From: Octopus vulgaris
Taxonomy: Eukaryota
Assembly: GCA_951406725.2 (NCBI GenBank)
Contig: OX597820.1
Coordinates: 78,430,001-78,494,000 of the forward strand
DNA length: 64,000 bases
Direction: 5' to 3'
The notes below the pieces were generated by a model, which was given only the letters and a program-made list of their open reading frames with translations, did no database searches and was not told where the DNA came from. Shown here in pieces: positions 52,069 through 63,660 of this stretch; position 1 is the stretch's first letter; every line of letters begins with the position of its first letter. Made by a program: the position numbers and the translations under genes.

Positions 52069-53279
52069 TCAAAAATTTTTAGGCAAAATTTTCAAATATT
52101 TTTGAGGAGAATTTCCAAAAACTTTTGGGGAAAATTTTCAAAACTCTTTGGGAAAAATTTTCAAAAATTTCTAAAATTTTTAGCGAAAGTTTTCAAAAAT
52201 TTGAGGAGAATTTCAAAAAAATTTTTGGGGCAAATTTTCAAAAATTTTGGGAAAAATTTTCAAAACTTTTTGGGAAAAATTTTCAAAAATTTCTGGGTAG
52301 ATTTTCAAAAATTTTTAGGGAAAATTTTCAAAAATTTTTGAGGAGAATTTTTTAAAATTTTGGTGGAAAATTTTCAAAAATTTATGTGGAAAACTTTCAA
52401 CTCTTTTTGGGAAAAATTATCAAAAATTTCTGGGAAGATTTTCAAAAATTTTTAGGAAAGTTTTCGAAAATTTTTAGGGAAAATTATCAAAAATTTTCAA
52501 AAATTTCTGGGAAGGTTTTCAAAAATTTTTAGGGAAAATTTCCAAAACTTTTTGGGAAAAGTTTTCCAAAATTTATAGGAAGATTTTCAAAAATTTTTAG
52601 GGAAAATTTTCAAATATTTCTGGGAAGATTTTCAAAAACTTTTAAGGAAAGGTTTCAAAAATTTTTAGGGAAAATCTTCAACAATTTTTGGAAAAAATTT
52701 TCAAAAATTTTTGGGAAGATTTTCAAAAATTTTTAGGGAAAATTTTCAAATATTTTTGAAGAGAATTTCCAAAAATTTTTGGGAAAAATTTTCAAAAATT
52801 TCTGGGAAGATTTTCAAAAAGCCTTTCTGTCTCCACTATATCACCCCCTCTGTCGCACAATCCTACTGTCTCACACTACTACCCTCTAATCTACAACACA
52901 ACCAACTGACATCTAATTTGCATACCGAAGTGTATTATGCTGTGCACATATCATCAAAGGGAAGTTTTGCTGATAATGCTGAGGGAGAACCATTTTATCG
53001 CCGGTATTGGCCCCCTTCATTAATAACCAATGGTATAAAATATACGTAGATAAATATAAATACATGCATATATAATTGGTTTCCTGCTCAATTTTCATCA
53101 AACAGATTCCCCAACACAATATTTGTGAACCCTAGACTGTAGTTGAAGACACTTTAGCAAGTGTCTTCAACTATCTTATAAGGTATTATTGTAGCTCGAG
53201 GTTAATTTGCAGTAAAACGGTTATGTGAGGCAAACGTCTCTATCACAGTACAATGCCTGTAATGATAGCATTAAATCAT

Positions 53280-53930
53280 TTTCTCTACTATAGACACCAA
53301 AGCCTGATAGTGCCAGTCTATTACATCGATCCCAGTGTTCGACTGGCACTTATTTTATCGATCCCGAAAGAACGAAAGGCAAATCTGATATCGGCAGGAT
53401 TTGAACTCAAAGTGTACAGAAAATGACGTTGAGCATTTTATCCGGCGTGCTAACGATTTGGCCAGCTCACCGCCTTATAACATTCAAAGAACCCTTTCGA
53501 CTAAAGGCATAAAGCCTGAAATGTGGGGCGATGGGGCTATTCTATTAGATCGGCCCCAATATGTAACTGATACCTAATTTATCGACCCCCAATTTATCGA
53601 AAGGAAAAGTCGACCTTGGTTGAATTTGAACTCAGAACGTAGCGACGGGCGAAATACTGCTAAGCATTTGGTCCAACGTCCTAACGATTCTGCCAGCTCA
53701 CCACCATTCAAATAGTCTTTTTTACTCTAGACACAAGGCCCGAAATTTTGGGGGAGGGGGCCAGTCGATTAGATCGAAACCAGTACGCAACTGGTACTTA
53801 ATTTATGGACCCCGAAAGGATGAAAGATAAAGTCGACCTCGGCTGAATTTGAACTCAGAACGTAAAGACAGACAAAATATGCTAAGCATTTCGTCCAGCG
53901 TGCTAACGATTCTGCCAGCTCGCTACCTTT
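53280..53930 (-). mobile_element. Three tandem SINE family B copies
   Basis: Three successive ~200-bp units ending GCTAACGATT..GCCAGCTC.C..CC on the plus strand (near 53475, 53705, 53928), each with ATCGA.CCCGAAAG...TTTGAACTCA. Confidence 0.85.
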
Positions 53931-54481
53931 ATATAAAATTCAAATAATACAAATAAGCTGTTTTTCATTACCAGTGGCCTAGCGTGTCAAAAATGGAAAT
54001 TTCTAATATTTATGATTACCCTTTGATATTAATTATTCATAATTTTTTCTCTGGATAATTTTCGAATTGAAAAGCCGGCATGTTATATTTACTGCCGAAA
54101 AGGAGCTGCGCTTGCGTGGTAGATCTGAAAAATTAGAATGTATAAGCACGGGGCATATAGTGGATTGCCTCGTGTATATATATTTAATCTAAGGTGTACC
54201 TGCTGAAGAAGACTTCACTTAGCAAATTATTTTATTTGCTAAAAAAAGTCTGAAACCATCGGTCCACTAGTTAGATGGTAGATGTTTTTATTTTTCATTC
54301 ACTTCAAAATTTTAACCCTAATAGTGGTTTGGAATTTAACTGTTCTCTCTAGCGTGATGGATGGCTCTTATGTGTTTAAATGTACACTGTATTTATATGA
54401 ATAATATATAATCTGTTGACTAAATTCTTACACGCTAGGCCACTGGTAATGGAAATTTTAAATATTTCTGATTACCCTTTG

Positions 54482-54614
<133 letters not shown>

Positions 54615-54623
54615 AAATATTGC

Positions 54624-54656
<33 letters not shown>

Positions 54657-54731
54657 TTGAGTTGTGGGGTATCGCACGAGTGGGATTATATATGAAAAAA
54701 GGTTTGAAAATGCAATTTAAACGATGTTTAT

Positions 54732-54777
54732 TTACTTAACCGGTTTCACTCTTTGTTAAAAAGATTGTCAAAAGTAA
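54732..54777 (-). ncRNA. Variant minimal hammerhead-like motif in the element's 3' terminal repeat (mirror copy at 60024-60070, +)
   Basis: TTACTT-TTGACAA-TCTTT..AAAGA-GT-GAAAC CG GTT-AAGTAA: 6-bp stem I, U3/A8 core variant, hairpin stem II, palindromic stem III ACCGGT. Confidence 0.55.
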
Positions 54778-55541
54778 CATTGAATATTATGGGTTCAAAA
54801 AAAGTTTTTTACATAATTGTCACATTGAATATTATGAATTCAAAAATGTTTTTTTATACATAATTGTCACATTACATGTATAAATATAGTATAAAAAAGT
54901 TCAATAGTGTGATGAGAATATTTGGAAAAATTGGCAGAAAAGAATAAAACAAATATATTATTGGAAATTTGGTTGCGTTAATTATTGGTTGTCGCAAATT
55001 GTCACATTACATGTATATATATACAGTCTTTGGTAGAAATGACATGTTAAAGACATAAGGAAGTGTAATAGTTTGGTGAGAAAGCTTGTAATATTGACAG
55101 AGAAAATTAAAATGGATATTTTAGACATCTCAGAATATTTTGAATCGAAGGCGAGAATTTGTTTTTTACTGACCTGTTTGTTTTAGCAGAAAAGTTGAAT
55201 TGAGAGAAAAAAAGATATGTACCCAATTTGGTTTATACTTCCCCTTCAAGCATCAGTGACTTTGGGGTTATTGGGAGGTGAGTATGCGGGTGTGAATAGA
55301 TGTGTCCGTGTGCCTGCTGGTCAGACAGCGTCTGTTTGTCACACACATATATACACACACACACACAACAACAATACACACACACACATAGTATACACAC
55401 ACACACCACATACACACAACACACACACACACAGAACACACACACACACAACGCACCCACATATATAATATATACACACAGCACACAAATATAACATGTA
55501 TTTATATATAATATACACACATATATAAAACATACACACAC

Positions 55542-55576
<35 letters not shown>

Positions 55577-56824
55577 CACACGCACACATATATACATAAT
55601 ATAAATATCACACAAATACACCTAGCATATATATACACATACAATACACATACACAGCATGTATATAATACACATACACAATATATGCATGCAATATACA
55701 TACGCAATACATACATATAATATATATATATATAGACAATGCATATACATATATACATATATACATATAAATAGTGTTTACATACACATACATAGATATA
55801 CCACATATACACACAATATACATACATACAATGCATACACATACACGTACGCATACATATAAAATATATAGACACACACACACATAACATACATACACAA
55901 TGCATACATATATATACACGCAACGTATATACATGTATTCATGTATATATAACACACTTACAATATACATATATACAATGCACACATACACACATATATA
56001 CACTTAATTGTACACATACATATACAATACACATACATACAATATACATATACACAATGCGCATGCAAATAATGCACATGTTTATACACCCATATACATG
56101 AAAATATATATACACACACACACATACACACACACATATATATATATACACATATATATATATATATACACATATACATACATACATACATGCACATACA
56201 TATATTTTTTCACACACATACACACACATATATATATAAAATTCACACACACACCCACACACACAAAATACAAACCTATAGTGTACACACTCAAATATAT
56301 CTCTACATACCGCACACACACACAAACAATGTACTCACATATACACACATACCATGCATATACACACACAGCACACGCACATATATATATATATATATAT
56401 ATATAAACAAATACACATGTAAATACATACACTCGTACACAATGCTCACACACACACACATACACACACACACGCACACAGTGCACACACACACACATAT
56501 ATACACACGTGCACACACACACACAACGCGCGCACACACACACACATACACACCCGCACACAGTGCACACACACACACACACATAAACACACGCGCACAC
56601 ACACACACACAACGTGCACACTCACACACACACACACAACACTCACACACATACATAACCTACATATATATAATGCATGCGTGTACGTGCCACGTATGTG
56701 TGCGGTCAATGCCCGCTAGTGTGTCCTATGCGTGCCGATGCGCGCATGTGCCCACCCGCACGATATGCTGTGAGTGTGCGCGTGTCCCTGTGTGCCTGCT
56801 CTGGATGTGTGCCCAGGGGGTATG

Positions 56825-57425
56825 TTAGAGTATGTTTAGTTGTGGTCTGTATTTTTGAATAAGATTACTTTCCTTATTTATTCGTGTTTGGTCTGTGGTG
56901 TTGTCCGAGCATTGGTATAGTGGGAAGACTAAGAATTTGGGGGACTTATTGTGTGCACAAAGGTCTAAGTGTCCACTTAGTGGTATCTGTCTTGTGGAGG
57001 GGTCCCTCAGTTGTTGTCGGTGAACTGTCATTCTTTCTCTGAGGGTAAGGCTCGTTTGCCCTATGTAGTCTTCGTGGCATCCTTCACACCTTATGACGTA
57101 GAGTAAATTTTTTGATGCGCACGTGAAATTATTTTTTATGATGAATGTGTGTCCCGAGTGGAACTTGTACGACGATCCCTCAATGAGGTGGATGCAGGTC
57201 TTGCAATTGGGGCGACCACATTTTTTGATGGTGGGCGGTGGGTTTGTGTTGTGTAATTTTGCGTTGGTGAGGAGGTTTTTTAGGGATTTAGGTTGTCTCT
57301 TACTTTTTATTATTTTATGAGCTGCCAGTATTTTTTTCAGGCGTGGGTCTTGATTTAGTTGTGGAATGTTGTTGTATATAATAGTGTAAGCTTCTGCATT
57401 CCTTGGGTTGTGTGTTGAGAGATAG
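56825..57425 (-). CDS. Penelope-like GIY-YIG endonuclease with Cys-rich linker (frameshifted continuation of the RT ORF)
   Basis: Alternative frame reads YLSTHNP...KKCGRPNCKTC...FTCASKNLLYVIRCEGCHEDYIGQTSLTLRERMTVHRQQL...KESNLIQKYRPQLNIL*. Confidence 0.9.
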
Positions 57426-59100
57426 GGAGGCTATTTACTGAACTGTGGATGTGTTTGGGTTTTCGTAGGTCTTGAATGTTGATTGATTTGGCCCGTTCTA
57501 TTCCGTTGTCTACTAGTGATGCCGGGTAATGTCTTTCGAGAAGAATTGCCCTTAGTTCCCGGAGTCTTCTATTTCGTGTTGTGTCATTTGAGACAATAGT
57601 GCAGATTCTTCTCGCTAGGTTGAAGGGGATATTTGTCTTTGTGTGTTTTGGGTGATTGGAGGTGAATAGAAGGTATTGTTTAGAGTCAGTGGGTTTGTAA
57701 TGGATGTCAGTTTCAATGTTGACGCCTTTTTTAATGATTAGGATGTCAAGAAAAGGGAGTTGGTCCTGACTATATTCCATTGTGAATTGAATGTTGTTAT
57801 TAACACTGTTGATAAGGTTTTTGAAGTCTTTAAGTTGGTCGAGTGTGTGGGACCATAGGATGAGGCAATCATCTAAGTAGCGTTTCCAGTTCTCCAACAG
57901 GTATTTGTGGAAAGACTGGCCGTACTTATATTTGGATTTTTCATAGATATGTGATTCCAGGTAGGCCATCACCAGGTTTGCATAGGTAGGTGCAACTTTC
58001 GTACCCATTGCAGTTCCTGAGACCTGTCTGTAAGTGTTGTTGTGGAAATACATGAAGTTGTTTTGCAGAATAAATTTGAGGCCCTCAATTATGAATTCTT
58101 TTTTAATTCTTTCCGGGATCTCATTGGGATATTTATCCAGCCAGAATTTAATGGCTTCCAGTCCATATTCATGTGGGATTGTGGTGTAAAGATTAATAAC
58201 ATCAAAAGAAACGATTAAGGTGTCTTTATCGGCATGTTTGGGGAGATGATTTAATAGGTCCAGGTCATCTCTTACAATACTTGGAATGTGTTTCAGTATT
58301 GGCTTTAAGATGATATCTATAAAGTTGCTAAGTCTGTGTGTTTCACAACTTGGGCCTGCCACTATTGGTCTCAGTTTGAGATCAGTGGGATGTGGTATAG
58401 TGATGCAGGTTGAAGTGGACTTTTTGCAAGCTTCTGTGATAATTTGACTCTTGTGTATTTTTGGAAGCCCATAGAGTGTGCTGGTTTTGCAATTAAATTT
58501 AGTAATGTAGTCGCATTCCTTTGCTGTCAAGTCATTCCGGTGTTGGTAAATGAGTGCCTTCAGTTTGGTCATTGTTTTGGATTGCTGGTAGTCGACTACT
58601 CTCTCATAGTATGTGGTATCCTCTAAAAGGAGAGATACAGAGTTTTTATATTGCTCAGTATTCATAACAACGACCGTACTACCCTTATCAGCTTCCTTTA
58701 TTGTGACGTTATGATTGTCTCGTAGCGTATGTATGATTTCCCATTCTCTTTTACTGGTGTTGGGTTTGAGTTTAGGTTGTGGGAGTTCACCATAAGGGAA
58801 GTTTGAGATGTAATCGCAAAATTTGTCTAAGGTTTTGTTTTTGCCTTTTATGGGATTATAGTTGCTTTTGTTACGGACCATTGATTCGTCGTTATTATTA
58901 GTTTTCCTGTCAAAGAATTCCTCTGTGAGGCGTAATTTTCTGCAAAAGTGTGAGATGTCATCCTGTATTTCCCTCAGGTTAGGGTATTGCGGAGTTGGGG
59001 TGAATTTTAGTCCTCTTGAAAGGATTTTTATTTGTGGTGTCGACAGGTTTAGGTTAGAGAGATTCACTATTTTTGGTTTTTCGGGGTTGGTATCTACCAT
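57355..59100 (-). CDS. Penelope-like reverse transcriptase (Neptune-like), probably 5'-truncated, single frameshift near 57424
   Basis: 581-aa ORF with LSRGLKFTPTP, IKEADKGSTVV, LYGLPKIHK, RPIVA, SFDVINLYTTIP, GTAMGTKVAPTYANL, RYLDD, LPFLDI, HYKPTD and SNHPKHTKTNIPF. Confidence 0.96.
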   Translation of the reverse strand: MVDTNPEKPKIVNLSNLNLSTPQIKILSRGLKFTPTPQYPNLREIQDDISHFCRKLRLTEEFFDRKTNNNDESMVRNKSNYNPIKGKNKTLDKFCDYISNFPYGELPQPKLKPNTSKREWEIIHTLRDNHNVTIKEADKGSTVVVMNTEQYKNSVSLLLEDTTYYERVVDYQQSKTMTKLKALIYQHRNDLTAKECDYITKFNCKTSTLYGLPKIHKSQIITEACKKSTSTCITIPHPTDLKLRPIVAGPSCETHRLSNFIDIILKPILKHIPSIVRDDLDLLNHLPKHADKDTLIVSFDVINLYTTIPHEYGLEAIKFWLDKYPNEIPERIKKEFIIEGLKFILQNNFMYFHNNTYRQVSGTAMGTKVAPTYANLVMAYLESHIYEKSKYKYGQSFHKYLLENWKRYLDDCLILWSHTLDQLKDFKNLINSVNNNIQFTMEYSQDQLPFLDILIIKKGVNIETDIHYKPTDSKQYLLFTSNHPKHTKTNIPFNLARRICTIVSNDTTRNRRLRELRAILLERHYPASLVDNGIERAKSINIQDLRKPKHIHSSVNSLPISQHTTQGMQKLTLLYTTTFHN

Positions 59101-59213
59101 CTGTATATTGCATGCATATATTGTGTATGTGTATTATATACATGCTGTGTATGTGTATTGTATGTGTATATATATGCTAGGTGTATTTGTGTGATATTTA
59201 TATTATGTATATA

Positions 59214-59259
<46 letters not shown>

Positions 59260-60104
59260 GTGTGTGTATGTTTTATATATGTGTGTATATTATATATAAA
59301 TACATGTTATATTTGTGTGCTGTGTGTATATATTATATATGTGGGTGCGTTGTGTGTGTGTGTGTTCTGTGTGTGTGTGTGTTGTGTGTATGTGGTGTGT
59401 GTGTGTATACTATGTGTGTGTGTGTATTGTTGTTGTGTGTGTGTGTGTATATATGTGTGTGACAAACAGACGCTGTCTGACCAGCAGGCACACGGACACA
59501 TCTATTCACACCCGCATACTCACCTCCCAATAACCCCAAAGTCACTGATGCTTGAAGGGGAAGTATAAACCAAATTGGGTACATATCTTTTTTTCTCTCA
59601 ATTCAACTTTTCTGCTAAAACAAACAGGTCAGTAAAAAACAAATTCTCGCCTTCGATTCAAAATATTCTGAGATGTCTAAAATATCCATTTTAATTTTCT
59701 CTGTCAATATTACAAGCTTTCTCACCAAACTATTACACTTCCTTATGTCTTTAACATGTCATTTCTACCAAAGACTGTATATATATACATGTAATGTGAC
59801 AATTTGCGACAACCAATAATTAACGCAACCAAATTTCCAATAATATATTTGTTTTATTCTTTTCTGCCAATTTTTCCAAATATTCTCATCACACTATTGA
59901 ACTTTTTTATACTATATTTATACATGTAATGTGACAATTATGTATAAAAAAACATTTTTGAATTCATAATATTCAATGTGACAATTATGTAAAAAACTTT
60001 TTTTGAACCCATAATATTCAATGTTACTTTTGACAATCTTTTTAACAAAAGAGTGAAACCGGTTAAGTAAATAAACATCGTTTAAATTGCATTTTCAAAC
60101 CTTT

Positions 60105-60156
<52 letters not shown>

Positions 60157-60759
60157 TCTAATTAATGCTTCGGATTTTACCGAAATAAGCATAGTGTTTG
60201 ATGATTTTAACCCACGCTGGTGGAAAGGGGAGAACAGAAATTCTTCGCTTGCTTATTTGGGTTCGTTGGCACTGTTAGTTACGAGCAGATCTTCGAAAGG
60301 GTATGTTCTTACTTTCAGTGTTTCCAAATCCAAACCAAGGAGTTTCTGAGCTGATGATAGAAGTGTTGTTTTGACTAATCTTGAAACGTACGTTCTCAAA
60401 TAACCTTAGCATTTGATTTTTTGATGTCCTTACCCCCAAACTTTTGTGAGTTGAATTAAGCAAACACTATATATGAGAGAGATTTTCTTTAAGTATTAGA
60501 AATAGTTTTAAAAAAGTTTTTTAGCTGCTATTTCTAATGAGTTCAGTATGCGGCAAAGTAATTTATTTTACTAAGCCCTTTTATATAATATATATATATA
60601 TATATATATTGAAATATTGCATATATATCATGATGCCTAAAAAAATGCGTTTACAACTTCAATATCCATATATATCTTGCATCTATTTTCTTTCCTCCAC
60701 CTCACTGTCTATTTTGTATCACATCTAAACTAACTATGACTTAACTATCGTCTCACACC

Positions 60760-60811
60760 GTCTCCGATGAAGGGATATTATTAATAAATATCCTAGAAAC
60801 AGCTGTAAGAC
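60760..60811 (+). ncRNA. Minimal type I hammerhead-like ribozyme in a Penelope-type terminal remnant
   Basis: GTCT-CCGATGA-AGGGATATT...AATATCCTA-GAAAC AGCT GTA-AGAC: stem I GTCT/AGAC, ~8-bp stem II, palindromic stem III, GUA site; U4C core change. Confidence 0.65.
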
Positions 60812-60967
60812 CTTCTATCTATAAATGCTCTAATATCTACACACCCTTGGTTTTTTTATCGTATTACGCAAAAAATTCTTATATGTATACATATATATAT
60901 ACATGTGTGTGTGTGTGTGTGTATAGATAAAGATATGGACGTAGATATAGATATGTATGTAAGTATG

Positions 60968-61038
<71 letters not shown>

Positions 61039-61107
61039 ATATATACAAGCACGCACACAGATGTATGAATATGCATGTGTATATGCACGCATAATACATC
61101 TAAGAGC

Positions 61108-61158
<51 letters not shown>

Positions 61159-61329
61159 TAACTCATGACATTCAGAAGAAACTAGAACAATACATACATA
61201 CATACCCGATTCGCGTATTATTTTTTTTATTTCTATACCTAAATTCGATTACGTTATAATTTCACCAGAAAATCAATATCTCCACTCCTTATACGGATTT
61301 ACGTCCGGATATTTATCATAACGGAACAG

Positions 61330-61620
61330 TAACATTCCCACATCACCTCGCACCGCATTATTTAGCACCGCGCCGCATCATTCTGAGAGATAGAACACAT
61401 CCCCGCGCCCTTTCCCACTGCCCATCCTCGTTTTCTTTTGTTTTTGTTCAATTGGCCCAATAAGTTTCCGATTCCGCTTCAAACAATATAACTTCAGAGA
61501 ATCCAATTAGATTGTTCGGAAGTGACCGACATACCAGTCTGTAATTAGGCAGAGCTGCAGACACTCCTACAGTAGTTTCGGTTCGAGTCGAAAGTAGAGG
61601 TTAAGAACAACCTTGAAACA
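61330..61620. promoter_or_regulatory. Possible promoter-like island
   Basis: Locally CpG-rich non-repetitive sequence with clustered CCAAT/ATTGG boxes (61450-61510) and an ETS-type CGGAAGTG; no associated exon identified. Confidence 0.25.
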
Positions 61621-61867
61621 ACTCTAATGAGATAGCACCGGATGTACGAACTTCAACGTACATTGTTATATATGTATTATGCAAATACATTCAGTCGCAG
61701 AATCGAATCGAACAAACGTACACACACATACACACAGACATATTGACACACGGACACAGACACACACGCATATGCATATTTATATTTCATATGTTAAGCA
61801 AAGCAAATAAACTTGTTCACTGACATATTACTTCGTGAAAAAACAGTAGATTATCAATGAATGTGTG

Positions 61868-61903
<36 letters not shown>

Positions 61904-62549
61904 TGTATGTATATATGCATGTATGTATGTATATGTGTATATATGCATATATGTATTTATACATATATATACATATATATATATGTATATGTATAAAGAT
62001 ATATATATGTATATATGCATATATATATATATACACATATATGTGTATGTATGCATATGTATATGTATATGAATGTATACGCATATGTATCAATATAAAT
62101 ATGTAAATGTATATACATATAGATGTATATACTTGTATCCATGTATGCAATAAAATATATATTTATATGTATATATAATAAACACATATATGTATATACA
62201 CATACATGCGCATACGATACATTTACGGTGAGAGAGAGAGAGAAAGAGAGATGAAGGGTAAGTGAGAGGCAAATGAAGAGGGATGAAATTAAAGATACAT
62301 TCGACATCTATTAATTGCTTATGTAAATATATTCATGTACGAGTGTGTGTGTGTGTGAGTGTATTACCATACATTCGATACGTGCTTACATATATTGTAT
62401 ATATTTAGGAGCACACATATAAATATGTAAATGATGTACAATACACATATATGTTTACATAAGTGAGGTTATCCTATTATACACACGAAATCGATATGCT
62501 TAGTATATGCGTGTAAAGAAATATCCATTTGTATATACATATACGTATG

Positions 62550-62619
<70 letters not shown>

Positions 62620-63213
62620 TATATTTATATATACATACATATATATATATACATAAATACATGCATACAAATGAGTGAAGATATATGCATATATATATAT
62701 AAATATATATATATGCATGTCTGTTCATGTATGAGTGTATATATTAATATATGTGTGTGTGTGTGTAAACTGACAGGATAAAAACTGTGTTAGTAAGGTT
62801 TACAGCTGTATGTTGTTGTGTGTAACATGTTCTTACCTTCTTCAGCGAATTAAATTATGGTTGCATATGCACACGTGTGTGTATGTGTCTGTGTGTGTGA
62901 ATGTGTTTGTGTGTGTGTGGTGGGGGGGCCTGTTTGTGTGTGTATGTGTATGCGAGTGTATTTGAGTATATATGAGTGCGTATGTGTGTGCATGATTATA
63001 TAATAAACTGTAACATTTTTACTTTCATTGCGTATAAACACTTCTAATGAGTATCAAAATAATTGCTCATTATTCATGTTGTCTTTATTGCACAGCCTTA
63101 AACACATTTACATATTCAAGACACACTGCATTCATATATATGAGTGTGTGCATATATCTATACACATGAACATATGCATACACATACACTTATATACATA
63201 TATATATAAATAT

Positions 63214-63244
<31 letters not shown>

Positions 63245-63567
63245 CAAAATTAGAAAATGGAGAAACATACTTAAATCAATCAAACATCAACCATCAGATG
63301 ATACCCAATCAATACTTTATTACTGATTGATTGGGTATCATCTGATGGTTGATGTTTGATTAATTTAAGTATGTTTCTCCATTTTCTAATTTTGTATTAT
63401 TAATTTACGGTAATATTTTTACCCTTGCCCATATAATACAGTAGATGAATTAATTGCATGGCAATTTTTAACATTTATGTATTTGTCTTGTTGGGTACCT
63501 CTCTAGCAGTATATTGGATATATGTTATCCCATGGTGGGTTGAATTTTCAACCCCTATCTCATTTTA

Positions 63568-63660
<93 letters not shown>

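Larger units (their letters stand above)
47575..52820. repeat. Complex A/T-tract array (GGGAAAATTTTC(G)AAAAATTTTT units) with embedded 32-bp GC-rich repeats and Rep-like cassettes
   Basis: Directly visible ~11-12-bp periodic AAAATTTT blocks, ~23-24-bp dimer unit, sharp boundaries on both sides. Confidence 0.95.
54687..60114 (-). mobile_element. Penelope-like retroelement with inverted terminal copy of its 3' end, inserted in (TA)n
   Basis: RT-GIY-YIG coding region; 54687-55700 is the near-perfect reverse complement of 59102-60114; (TA)n on both sides. Confidence 0.92.

Noticed and set aside
47695-52355. Plus-strand K/F-rich ORFs in the array
   Set aside because: Low-complexity repeat translations in overlapping frames, antisense to the Rep-like cassettes.
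55217-56862. Numerous Cys/Val/Tyr/His-rich ORFs (also at 2.6, 6.1, 9.1, 30.6, 33.4, 59.2 and 60.8-63.7 kb)
   Set aside because: Translations of (TG)n, (TA)n and (TATG)n microsatellites.
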